A stretch of 64,000 nt of DNA from Eledone cirrhosa (taxonomy: Eukaryota). A program made the position numbers and the translations under genes. Positions 1 to 12,900 of the stretch are shown in pieces (position 1 is the first letter of the stretch; each line of letters starts with the position of its first letter). The notes beneath the pieces were generated by a model. That model was not told where the DNA came from. It did not search any database and saw nothing but the letters and a program-made list of their open reading frames with translations. The stretch is taken from contig OZ024740.1 of assembly GCA_964016885.1 (NCBI GenBank), positions 420,236,001 through 420,300,000 of the forward strand, given 5' to 3'.

Positions 1-3000
1 GTCTGATGTACAGTTGGAGGTGACAGTCTACATATGTGGTGGGAATGGTGTAGAGTTGGAGGTGACAGTCTACATATGTGGCAGGAATGATGTAGAGTTG
101 AGGTGACGGTCTACATATGTGGTGGGAATGATGTAGAGTTGAAGGGGACAGTCTGCATATGTGTTGGGAAAGATGTAGAGTTGGAGGTGACAGTCTACAT
201 ATGTCTTGGGAATGATGCAGAGTTGCAGGTAACAGTCTACATATGTGGTGGGAATGATGTACAGTTGGAGGTGACAGTCTATATATGTGGTGGGAAAAAT
301 GTAGAGTTGGAGGTGACAGTCTACATATGTGGTGGGTATGATGTAGATTTGGAGATGACAGTCTACATATGTGGTGGGAATGATGTAGAGTTGGATGTGA
401 CAGTCTACATATGTTGTGGGAATGATGTAGAGTTGGAGGTGACAGTCTACATATGTGGTGGGAATGATGTAGAGTTGGAGGTGAGTCTACATATGTGGTG
501 GGAATGATGTAGAGTTGGAGGTGACAGTCTACATATGTGGTGGGTATGATGTAGAGTTGGAGGTGATAGTCTACATATGTAGGTGGGAAAGAGGTAGAGT
601 TGGAGGTGACAGACTACAAATGTGGTGGGAATGATGTAGAGTTGGAGGTGACAGTCTACATATGTGGTGGGAAAGAGGTAGAGTTGGAGATGACAGTCTA
701 AATATGTGGTGGGAAAGAGGTAGAGTTGGAGGTGACAGTCTACATATGTGGTGGGAAAGAGGTAGAGTTGGAGGTGACAGTCTACATATGTGGTGGGAAA
801 GAGGTAGAGTTGGAGGTGACATTCTAAATATGTGGTGGGAATGATGTAAAGTTGGTGGTGACAGTCTAAATATGTGGTGGGAATGATGTAGAGTTGGTGG
901 TGACAGTCTACATATGTGGTGGGAAAGAGGTAGAGTTGGAGGTGACAATCTACATATGTGGTGGGAATGATGTAGAGTTGGTGGTGACAGTCTACATATG
1001 TGGTGGGAAAGAGGTAGAGTTGGTGGTGATAGTTTACATATGTGGTGGGAATGATGTAGAGTTGGAGGTGACAGTCTACATATGTGGTGGGAATGATGTA
1101 GAGTTGGAGGTGACAGTCTACATATGTCTTGGGTATGATGCAGAGTTGCAGGTAACAGTCAACATATGTGGTGGGAATGATGTACAGTTGGAGGTGACAG
1201 TCTATATATGTGGTGGGAATGATGTAGAGTTGGAGGTGACAGTCTACATATGTGGTGGGAATGATGTAGATTTGGAGATGACAGTCTACATATGTGGTGG
1301 GAATGATGTAGAGTTGGAGGTGACAGTCTACATATGTGGTGGGAATGATATAGAGTTGGAGGTGAGTCTACATATGTGGTGGGAATGATGTAGAATTGGA
1401 GGTGGTAGTCTACATATGTAGGTGGGAAAGAGGTAGAGTTGGAGGTGACAGTCTACATATGTGGTGGGAATGCTGTAGAGTTGGTGGTGACATTCTACAT
1501 ATGTGGTGGGAACGATGTAGAGTTGGAGGTGACAGTCTATATATGTGGTGGGAATGATGTAGAGTTGGAGGTGACAGTCTACATATGTAGTGGGAATGAT
1601 GTACAGTTGGAGGTGACAGTCAACATATGTGGTGGGAATGATGTAGAGTTGGAGGTGACAATCTACATATGTGGTGGGAATTATGTAGAGTTGGAGGTGA
1701 CAATCTTCATATGTGGTGGGAATTATGTAGAGTTGGAGGTGACAATCTACATATGTGGTGGGAATGATGTAGAGTTGGAGGTGGCAATCTACATATGTGG
1801 TGGGAAGGATGTAGAGTTGGAGGTGACAGTCTACATATGTGGTGGGAAAGAGGTACAGTTGGAGGTGACAGTCTACATATGTGGTGGGAATGATGTAGAG
1901 TTGGAGGTGACAGTCTACATATGTGGTGGGAATGATGTACAGTTGGAGGTGACAGTCTATATATGTGGTGGGAATGATGTACAGTTGGAAGTGACAGTTT
2001 ACATATGTGGTGGGAATGATGTAGAGTTGGAGGTGACAGTCTACATATGTGGTGGGAATGATGTAGAGTTGGTGGTGACAGTCTACATATGTGGTGGGAA
2101 AGAGGTAGAGTTGGTGGTGACAGTCTACATATGTGGTGGGAATGATGTAGAGTTGGAGGTAACAGTCTACATATGTGGTGGGAAAGAGGTAGTGTTGGAG
2201 GTGACAGTCTACATATGTGGTAGGAATGATGTAGAGTTGGGTGTGACAATCTACATGTGTGGTGGGAAAGAGCTAGAGTCGGAGGTGACAGTCTACATAT
2301 GTGGTGAGAAAGAGGTAGAGTTGGAGGTGACACTCTACATATGTGGTGGGAATGATGTAGAGTTGGAGGTGACAGTCTACATATGTGGTGGGAATTATGT
2401 AGAGTTGGAGGTGACAGTCTACATATGTGGTGGGAATGATGTATAGTTGGAGGTGACAGTCTACATATGTGGTGGGAATGATGTAGAGTTGGAGGTGACA
2501 ATCTACATATGTGGTGGGAAGGATGTAGAGTTGGAGGTGACAGTCTACATATGTGGTGGGAAAGAGGTAGAGTTGGAGGTAACAGTCTACATATGTGGTG
2601 GGAATGATGTAGAGTTGGAGGTGACAGTCTACATATGTGGTGGGAATGATGTACAGTTGGAGGTGACAGTCTACATATATGGTGGGAATGATGTACAGTT
2701 GGAGGTGACAGTCTACATACATAGGTGGTGGGAATGATGTACAGTTGGAGGTGACAATCTACATATGTGGTGGGTCTGATGTACAGTTGGAGGTGACAGT
2801 CTACATATGTGGTGGGAATGGTGTAGAGTTGGAGGTGACAGTCTACATATGTGGCAGGAATGATGTAGAGTTGAGGTGACGGTCTACATATGTGGTGGGA
2901 ATGATGTAGAATTGAAGGGGACAGTCTGCATATGTGTTGGGAAAGATGTAGAGTTGGAGGTGACAGTCTACATATGTCTTGGGAATGATGCAGAGTTGCA

Positions 3001-6000
3001 GGTAACAGTCTACATATGTGGTGGGAATGATGTACAGTTGGAGGTGACAGTCTATATATGTGGTGGGAAAAATGTAGAGTTGGAGGTGACAGTCTACATA
3101 TGTGGTGGGTATGATGTAGATTTGGAGATGACAGTCTACATATGTGGTGGGAATGATGTAGAGTTGGATGTGACAGTCTACATATGTTGTGGGAATGATG
3201 TAGAGTTGGAGGTGACAGTCTACATATGTGGTGGGAATGATGTAGAGTTGGAGGTGAGTCTACATATGTGGTGGGAATGATGTAGAGTTGGAGGTGACAG
3301 TCTACATATGTGGTGGGTATGATGTAGAGTTGGAGGTGATAGTCTACATATGTAGGTGGGAAAGAGGTAGAGTTGGAGGTGACAGTCTACAAATGTGGTG
3401 GGAATGATGTAGAGTTGGAGGTGACAGTCTACATATGTGGTGGGAAAGAAGTAGAGTTGGAGATGACAGTCTAAATATGTGGTGGGAAAGAGGTAGAGTT
3501 GGAGGTGACAGTCTACATATGTGGTGGGAAAGAGGTAGAGTTGGATGTGACAGTCTAAATATGTGTTGGGAAAGAGGTAGAGTTGGAGGTGACAGTCTAC
3601 AAGTGTGGTGGGAAAGATGTAGAGTTGGAGGTGACAGTCTACATATGTGGTGGGAAAGAGGTAGAGTTGGAGGTGACAGTCTACATATGTGGTGGGAATG
3701 ATGTAGAGTTGGAGGTGACATTCTAAATATGTGGTGGGAATGATGTAGAGTTGGTGGTGACAGTCTAAATATGTGGTGGGAATGATGTAGAGTTGGTGGT
3801 GACAGTCTACATATGTGGTGGGAAAGAGGTAGAGTTGGAGGTGACAATCTACATATGTGGTGGGAATGATGTAGAGTTGGTGGTGACAGTCTACATATGT
3901 GGTGGGAAAGAGGTAGAGTTGGTGGTGTCAGTTTACATATGTGGTGGGAATGATGTAGAGTTGGAGGTAACAGTCTACATATGTGGTGGGAATGATGTAC
4001 AGTTGGAGGTGACAATCTACATATGTGGTGGGTCTGACGTAGTGTTGGAGGTGACAGTCTTCATATGTGGCAGGAATGATGTAGAGTTGAGGTGACAGTC
4101 TACATATGTGGTGGGAATGATGTAGAGTTGGAGGTGACAGTCTACATATGTCTTGGGAATGATGCAGAGTTGCAGGTAACAGTCAACATATGTGGTGGGA
4201 ATGATGTACAGTTGGAGGTGACAGTCTATATATGTGGTGGGAATGATGTAGAGTTGGAGGTGACAGTCTACATATGTGGTGGGAATGATGTAGATTTGGA
4301 GATGACAGTCTACATATGTGGTGGGAATGATGTAGAGTTGGATGTGACAGTCTACATATGTGGTGGGAATGATGTAGAGTTGGAGGTGACAGTCTACATA
4401 TGTGGTGGGAATGATATAGAGTTGGAGGTGAGTCTACATATGTGGTGGGAATGATGTAGAGTTGGAGGTAACAGTCTACATATGTGGTGGGAATGATGTA
4501 GAGTTGGAGGTGACAGTCTACATATGTGGTGGGAATGATGTACAGTTGGAAGTGACAGTCTACATATATGGTGGGAATGATGTACAGTTGGAGGTGACAA
4601 TCTACATATGTGGTGGGTCTGATGTACAGTTGGAGGTGACAGTCTACATATGTGGTGGGAATGGTGTAGAGTTGGAGGTGACAGTCTACATATGTGGCAG
4701 GAATGATGTAGAGTTGAGGTGACGGTCTACATATGTGGTGGGAATGATGTAGAATTGAAGGGGACAGTCTGCATATGTGTTGGGAAAGATGTAGAGTTGG
4801 AGGTGACAGTCTACATATGTCTTGGGAATGATGCAGAGTTGCAGGTAACAGTCTACATATGTGGTGGGAATGATGTACAGTTGGAGGTGACAGTCTATAT
4901 ATATGGTGGAAAAATGTAGAGTTGGAGGTGACAGTCTACATATGTGGTGGGTATGATGTAGATTTGGAGATGACAGTCTACATATGTGGTGGGAATGATG
5001 TAGAGTTGGATGTGACAGTCTATATATGTTGTGGGAATGATGTAGAGTTGGAGGTGACAGTCTACATATGTGGTGGGAATGATGTAGAGTTGGAGGTGAG
5101 TCTACATATGTGGTGGGAATGATGTAGAGTTGGAGGTGACAGTCTACATATGTGGTGGGTATGATGTAGAGTTGGAGGTGATAGTCTACATATGTAGGTG
5201 GGAAAGAGGTAGAGTTGGAGGTGACAGTCTACAAATGTGGTGGGAATGATGTAGAGTTGGAGGTGACAGTCTACATATGTGGTGGGAAAGAGGTAGAGTT
5301 GGAGATGACAGTCTCAATATGTGGTGGGAAAGAGGTAGAGTTGGAGGTGACAGTCTACATATGTGGTGGGAAAGAGGTAGAGTTGGAGGTGACAGTCTAC
5401 ATATGTGGTGGGAAAGAGGTAGAGTTGGAGGTGACATTCTAAATATGTGGTGGGAATGATGTAGAGTTGGTGGTGACAGTCTAAATATGTGGTGGGAATG
5501 ATGTAGAGTTGGTGGTGACAGTTTACATATGTGGTGGGAAAGAGGTAGAGTTGGAGGTGACAATCTACATATGTGGTGGGAATGATGTAGAGTTGGTGGT
5601 GACAGTCTACATATGTGGTGGGAAAGAGGTAGAGTTGGTGGTGACAGTTTACATATGTGGTGGGAATGATGTAGAGTTGGAGGTGACAGTCTACATATGT
5701 GATGGGAATGATGTAGAGTTGGAGGTGACAGTCTAGATATGTCTTGGGAATGATGCAGAGTTGCAGGTAACAGTCAACATATGTGGTGGGAATGATGTAG
5801 AGTTGGAGGTGATAGTCTACATATGTAGGTGAGAAAGAGGTAGAGTTGGAGGTGACAGTCTACATATGTGGTGGGAATGCTGTAGAGTTGGTGGTGACAT
5901 TCTACATATGTGGTGGGAACGATGTAGAGTTGGAGGTGACAGTCTACATATGTGGTGGGAATGATGTAGAGTTGGAGGTGACAGTCTACATATGTGGTGG

Positions 6001-9000
6001 GAATTATGTAGAGTTGGAGGTGACAATCTACATATGTGGTGGGAATGATGTATAGTTGGAGGTGACATTCTACATATGTGGTGGGAATGATGTAGTGTTG
6101 GAGGTGACAATCTACATATGTGGTGGGAAGGATGTAGAGTTGGAGGTGACAGTCTACATATGTGGTGGGAAAGAGGTAGAGTTGGAGGTAACAGTCTACA
6201 TATGTGGTGGGAATGATGTAGAGTTGGAGGTGACAGTCTACATATGTGGTGGGAATGATGTACAGTTGGAAGTGACAGTCTACATATATGGTGGGAATGA
6301 TGTACAGTTGGAGGTGACAATCTACATATGTGGTGGGTCTGATGTACAGTTGGAGGTGACAGTCTACATATGTGGTGGGAATGGTGTAGAGTTGGAGGTG
6401 ACAGTCTACATATGTGGCAGGAATGATGTAGAGTTGAGGTGACGGTCTACATATGTGGTGGGAATGATGTAGAATTGAAGGGGACAGTCTGCATATGTGT
6501 TGGGAAAGATGTAAAGTTGGAGGTGACAGTCTACATATGTCTTGGGAATGATGCAGAGTTGCAGGTAACAGTCTACATATGTGGTGGGAATGATGTACAG
6601 TTGGAGGTGACAGTCTATATATGTGGTGGGAAAAATGTAGAGTTGGAGGTGACAGTCTACATATGTGGTGGGTATGATGTAGATTTGGAGATGACAGTCT
6701 ACATATGTGGTGGGAATGATGTAGAGTTGGATGTGACAGTCTACATATGTTGTGGGAATGATGTAGAGTTGGAGGTGACAGTCTACATATGTGGTGGGAA
6801 TGATGTAGAGTTGGAGGTGAGTCTACATATGTGGTGGGAATGATGTAGAGTTGGAGGTGACAGTCTACATATGTGGTGGGTATGATGTAGAGTTGGAGGT
6901 GATAGTCTACATATGTAGGTGGGAAAGAGGTAGAGTTGGAGGTGACAGTCTACAAACGTGGTGGGAATGATGTAGAGTTGGAGGTGACAGTCTACATATG
7001 TGGTGGGAAAGAGGTAGAGTTGGAGATGACAGTCTAAATATGTGGTGGGAAAGAGGTAGAGTTGGAGGTGACTGTCTACATATGTGGTGGGAAAGAGGTA
7101 GAGTTGGAGGTGACAGTCTACATATGTGGTGGGAAAGAGGTAGGGTTGGAGGTGACATTCTAAATATGTGGTGGAAATGATGTAGAGTTGGTGGTGACAG
7201 TCTAAATATGTGGTGGGAATGATGTAGAGTTGGTGGTGACAGTCTACATATGTGGTGGGAAAGAGGTAGAGTTGGAGGTGACAATCTACATATGTGGTGG
7301 GAATGATGTAGAGTTGGTGGTGACAGTCTACATATGTGGTGGGAAAGAGGTAGAGTTGGTGGTGACATTTTACATATGTGGTGGGAATGATGTAGAGTTG
7401 GAGGTGACAGTCTACATATGTGGTGGGAATGATGTAGAGTTGGAGGTGACAGTCTACATATGTCTTGGGAATGATGCAGAGTTGCAGGTAACAGTCAACA
7501 TATGTGGTGGGAATGATGTACAGTTGGAGGTGACAGTCTATATATGTGGTGGGAATGATGTAGAGTTGGAGGTGACAGTCTACATATGTGGTGGGAATGA
7601 TGTAGATTTGGAGATGACAGTCTACATATGTGGTGGGAATGATGTAGAGTTGGATGTGACAGTCTACATATGTGGTGGGAATGATGTAGAGTTGGAGGTG
7701 ACAGTCTACATATGTGGTGGGAATGATATAGAGTTGGAGGTGAGTCTACATATGTGGTGGGAATGATGTAGAGTTGGAGGTGATAGTCTACATATGTAGG
7801 TGGGAAAGAGGTAGAGTTGGAGGTGACAGTCTACATATGTGTTGGGAATGCTGTAGAGTTGGTGGTGACATTCTACATATGTGGTGGGAACGATGTAGAG
7901 TTGGAGGTGACAGTCTACATATGTGGTGGGAAAGAGGTAGAGTTGGAGGTGATAGTCTACATATGTGGTGCGACTGATGTACAGTTGGAGGTGACAGTCT
8001 ACATATGTGGTGGGAATGATGTACAGTTGGAGGTGACAATCTACATATGTGGTGGGCATGATGTAGAGTTGGAGGTGACAAACTACATATGTGGTGGGAA
8101 TGATGTAGAGTTGGAGGTGACAGTCTACATATGTGGTGGGAATGATGTAGAGTTGGAGGTGACAGTCTACAAATTAAGTGGGAAGGATGTAGGGTTGGAA
8201 GTAACATTCTACATATGTGGTGGGAATGGTGTACAGTTGAAAGTGACAGTCTACATATGAGGTGGGAATGATGTACAGTTGGAGGTGACAGTCTACATAT
8301 GTAGTGGGAATGATGTACATTTGGAGGTGACAGTCTACATATGTGGTGGGAATGATGTAGAGTTGGAGGTGACAATCTACATATGTGGTGGGAATTATGT
8401 AGAGTTGGAGGTGACAATCTACATATGTGGTGGGAATGATGTAGAGTTGGAGGTGACAATCTACATATGTGGTGGGAATGATGTAGAGTTGGAGGTGACA
8501 ATCTACATATGTGGTGGGAAGGATGTAGAGTTGGAGGTGACAGTCTACATATGTGGTGGGAAAGAGGTACAGTTGGAGGTGACAGTCTACATATGTGGTG
8601 GGAATGATGTAGAGTTGGAGGTGACAGTCTACATATGTGCTGGGAATGATGTACAGTTGGAGGTGACAGTCTACATATGTGGTGGGAATGATGTACAGAT
8701 GGAGGTGACAGTCTACATATGTGCTGGGAATGATGTAGAGTTGGAGGTGACAGTCTACATAGGTGGTGGGAATGATGTACAGTTGGAGGTGACAATCTGC
8801 ATATGTGGTGGGAATGATGTAGAGTCGGAGGTGACAATCTACATATGTGGTGGGAATGATGTAGAGTTGGAGGTAACAGTCTACATATGTGGTGGGTCTG
8901 ATGTACAGTTGGAGGTGACAGTCTACATATGTGTTGGGAATGGTGTAGAGTTGGAGGTGACAGTCTACATATGTGGCAGGAATGATGTAGAGTTGGAGAT

Positions 9001-9870
9001 GATAGTTTACATATGTGGCAGGAATGATGTAGAGTTGGTGGTGACAGTCTACATATGTGGTGGGAATTGGTAGAGTTGGAGGTGACAGTCTACATATGTG
9101 GTGGCAATGATGTAGAGTTGGTGGTGACAGTCTACATATGTGGTGGGAAAGAGGTAGAGTTGGTGGTGACAGTCTACATATGTGGTGGGAATGATGTAGA
9201 GTTGGAGGTAACAGTCTACATATGTGGTGGGAAAGAGGTAGTGTTGGAGGTGACAGTCTACATATGTGGTGGGAATGATGTAGAGTTGGGTGTGACAATC
9301 TACATATGTGGTGGGAAAGAGGTAGAGTTGGAGGTGACAGTCTACATATGTGGTGGGAATGATGTAGAGTTGGATGTGACAGTCTACATATGTGGTGGGA
9401 ATTATGTAGAGTTGGAGGTGACAGTCTACATATGTGGTGGGAATGATGTAGAGTTGGAGGTGACAATCTACATATGTGGTGGGAAGGATGTAGAGTTGGA
9501 GGTGACAGTTTACATATGTGGTGGGAAAGAGGTGGAGTTGGAGGTAACAGTCTACATATGTGGTGGGAATGATGTACAGTTGGAGGTGACAGTCTACATA
9601 TATGGTGGGAATGATGTACAGTTGGAGGTGACAGTCTACATACATAGGTGGTGGGAATGATGTACAGTTGGAGGTGACAATCTACATATGTGGTGGGTCT
9701 GATGTACAGTTGGAGGTGACAGTCTACATATGTGGTGGGAATGGTGTAGAGTTGGAGGTGACAGTCTATATATGTGGCAGGAATGATGTAGAGTTGAGGT
9801 GACGGTCTACATATGTGGTGGGAATGATGTAGAATTGAAGGGGACAGTCTACATGTGTTGGGAATGATGT
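1..9870 (+). repeat. Left sub-domain: irregularly spaced copies of a variant block marked by a 1-bp-deletion monomer (TTGAGGTGACGGTC)
   Basis: The marker lies at ~98, 2871, 4714, 6434 and 9794 (spacings 2773, 1843, 1720, 3360). Each copy is preceded by GGGTCTGATG / AATGGTGTAG / GGCAGGAAT monomers and followed by a TTGAAGGGGACAG monomer. ORFs 103..507, 2876..3280 and 6439..6843 translate almost identically. Confidence 0.85.
425..473. other. Intra-monomer inverted repeat ATGTAGA/TCTACAT with overlapping 8-bp palindrome ACATATGT (example copy; present in most monomers)
   Basis: ATGTAGA 425-431, TCTACAT 446-452, next ATGTAGA 467-473; the two heptamers are exact reverse complements. ACATATGT at 449-456 is self-complementary and contains an NdeI site (CATATG). 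Confidence 0.9.
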
Positions 9871-9909
9871 AGAGTTGGAGGTGACAGTCTATATATGTGG
9901 TGGGAATGA

Positions 9910-12900
9910 TGTAGAGTTGGAGGTGACAGTCTATATATGTGGTGGGAATGATGTAGAGTTGGAGGTGACAGTCTACATATGTGGTGGTTATGATGTAGAT
10001 TTGGAGATGACAGTCTACATATGTGGTGGGAATGATGTAGAGTTGGAGGTGATAGTCTACATATGTAGGTGGGAAAGAGGTAGAGTTGGAGGTGACAGTC
10101 TACATATGTGGTGGGAATGATGTAGAGTTGGAGGTGACAGTCTACATATGTGGTGGGAATGATGTACAGTTGATGGTGACACTCTACATATGTGGTGGGA
10201 AAGAGCTAGAGTTGGAGGTGACAGTCTACATATGTGGTGGGAATGATGTAGAGTTGGAGGTGACAGTCTACATATGTGGTGGGATTGATGGAGAGTTGGA
10301 GGTGACAATCTACATATGTGGTGGGAATGATGTACTGTTGGAGGTGACAGTCTAAATATGTGGTGGGAATGATGTAGAGTTGGAGGTGACAGTCTACATA
10401 TGCGGTGGGAATGATGTTGAGTTGGAGGTGAAAGTCTATATATGTGGTGGGAATGATGTACAGTTGGAGGTGCCAATCTACATGTGTGGTGGGAAGCATG
10501 TAGAGTTGGAGGTGACAGTCTACATATGTGGTCGGAAAGAGGTACAGTTGGAGGTGACAGTCTACATATGTGGTGGGAATGATGTAGATTTGGAGGTGAC
10601 AGTCTACATATGTGGTGGGAATGATGTACAGTTGGAGATGACAGTCTACATAGGTGGTGGTAATGATGTACAGTTGGAGGTGACAGTCTACATATGTGGT
10701 GGGAATGATGTAGATTTGGAGATGACAGTCTACATATGTGGTGGGAATGGTGTAGAGTTGGAGGTGACAGTCTACATATGTGGCAAGAATGATGTAGAGT
10801 TGGAGGTGACAGTCTACATATGTGGTGGGAATGATGTAGAGTTGGAGGTGACAGTTACATATGTCTTGGGAATGATGTAGAGTTGGAGGTGACAGTCTAC
10901 ATATGTGGTGGGAAAGAGGTAGAGTTGGAGGTGACAGTCTACATATGTGGTGGGAATGATGTACAGTTGGAGGTGACAGTCTACATATGTGGTGGGAATG
11001 ATGTTGAGATGGGTGTGACAATCTACATTTGTGGTGGGAAAGAGTTAGAGTTGGAGGTGAAAGTCTACATATGTGGTGAGAAAGAGGTAGAGTTGGAGGT
11101 GACAGTCTCATATGTGGTGGGAATTGGTAGAGTTGGAGGTGACAGTCTACATATGTGGTGGGAATGATGTAGAGTTGGTGGTGACAGTCTACATATGTGG
11201 TGGGAAAGAGGTGGAGTTGGTGGTGACAGTCTACATATGTGGTGGGAAAGAGGTAGTGTTGGACGTGACAGTCTACATATGTGGTGGGAATGATGTAGAG
11301 TTGGGTGTGACAATTTACATATGTGGTGGGAAAGAGGTAGAGTTGGAGGTGACAGTCTACATATGTGGTGGGAATTATGTAGAGTTGGAGGTGACAGTCT
11401 ACTTATGTGGTGGGAATGATGTATAGTTAGAGGTGACAGTCTACATATGTGGTGGGAATGATGTAGAGTTGGAGGTGACAATCTACATATGTGGTGGGAA
11501 TGATGTATTGTTGGAGGTGACAATCTACATATGTGGTGGGAAGGATGTAGAGTTGGAGGTGACAGTCTACATATGTGGTGAGAAAGAGGTAGCGTTGGAG
11601 ATAACAGTCTACATATGTGGTGGGAATGATGTAGAGTTGGAGGTGACAGTCTACATATGTCTTGGGAATGATGCAGAGTTGCAGGTAACAGTCTACATAT
11701 GTGGTGGGAATGATGTACAGTTTGAGGTGACAGTCTATATATGTGGTGGAAATGATGTAGAGTTTGAGGTGACAGTCTACATATGTGGTGGGAATGATGT
11801 AGAGTTGATGGTGACACTCTACATATGTGGTGGGAAAGAGCTAGAGTTGGAGGTGACAGTCTACATATTGGGTGGGAAAGAGGTAGAGTTGGAGGTGACA
11901 GTCTACATATGTGGTGGGAATGATGTAGAGTTGGAGGTGACAGTCTACATATGTGGTGGGATTGATGGAGAGTTGGAGGTGACAATCTACATATGTGGTG
12001 GGAATGATGTACTGTTGGAGGTGACAGTCTAAATATGTGGTGGGAATGATGTAGAGTTGGAGGTGACAGTCTACATATGTGGTGGGAATGATGTTGAGTT
12101 GGAGGTGAAAGTCTATATATGTGGTGGGAATGATGTACAGTTGGAGGTGCCAATCTACATGTGTGGTGGGAAGGATGTAGAGTTGGAGGTGACAGTCTAC
12201 ATATGTGGTCGGAAAGAGGTACAGTTGGAGGTGACAGTCTACATATGTGGAGGGAATGATGTAGAGTTGGAGGTGACAGTCTACATATGTGGTGGGAATG
12301 ATGTACAGTTGGAGATGACAGTCTATATATGTGGTGGGAATGATGTACAGTTGGAGGTGACAGTCTACATAGGTGGTGGTAATGATGTACAGTTGGAGGT
12401 GACAGTCTACATATGTGGTGGGAATGATGTAGATTTGGAGATGACAGTCTACATATGTGGTGGGAATGGTGTAGAGTTGGAGGTGACAGTCTACATATGT
12501 GGCAAGAATGATGTAGAGTTGGAGGTGACAGTCTACATATGTGGTGGGAATGATGTAGAGTTGGAGGTGACAGTTACATATGTCTTGGGAATGATGTAGA
12601 GTTGGAGGTGACAGTCTACATATGTGGTGGGAAAGAGGTAGAGTTGGAGGTGACAGTCTACATATGTGGTGGGAATGATGTACAGTTGGAGGTGACAGTC
12701 TACATATGTGGTGGGAATGATATAGAGTTGGAGGTGAGTCTACATATGTGGTGGGAATGATGTAGAGTTGGAGGTGATAGTCTACATATGTAGGTGGGAA
12801 AGAGGTAGAGTTGGAGGTGACAGTCTACATATGTGGTGGGAATGCTGTAGAGTTGGTGGTGACATTCTACATATGTGGTGGGAACTATGTAGAGTTGGAG

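Noticed and set aside
434-442. Shine-Dalgarno-like GGAGGTG in each monomer
   Set aside because: It is part of the repeat unit with no credible gene downstream and no prokaryotic gene context.
419-460. Human satellite identity (HSat1A is 42 bp; HSat2/3 contain GGAAT)
   Set aside because: HSat1A is strongly AT-rich whereas this unit is ~45% GC. GGAAT occurs only once per monomer, not as a pentamer array.
434-462. Chi site or Jeffreys minisatellite core similarity (TGGTGG, GGAGGTG)
   Set aside because: Only 6-7 bp partial matches to GCTGGTGG and GGAGGTGGGCAGGARG, which are expected by chance in G-rich sequence.
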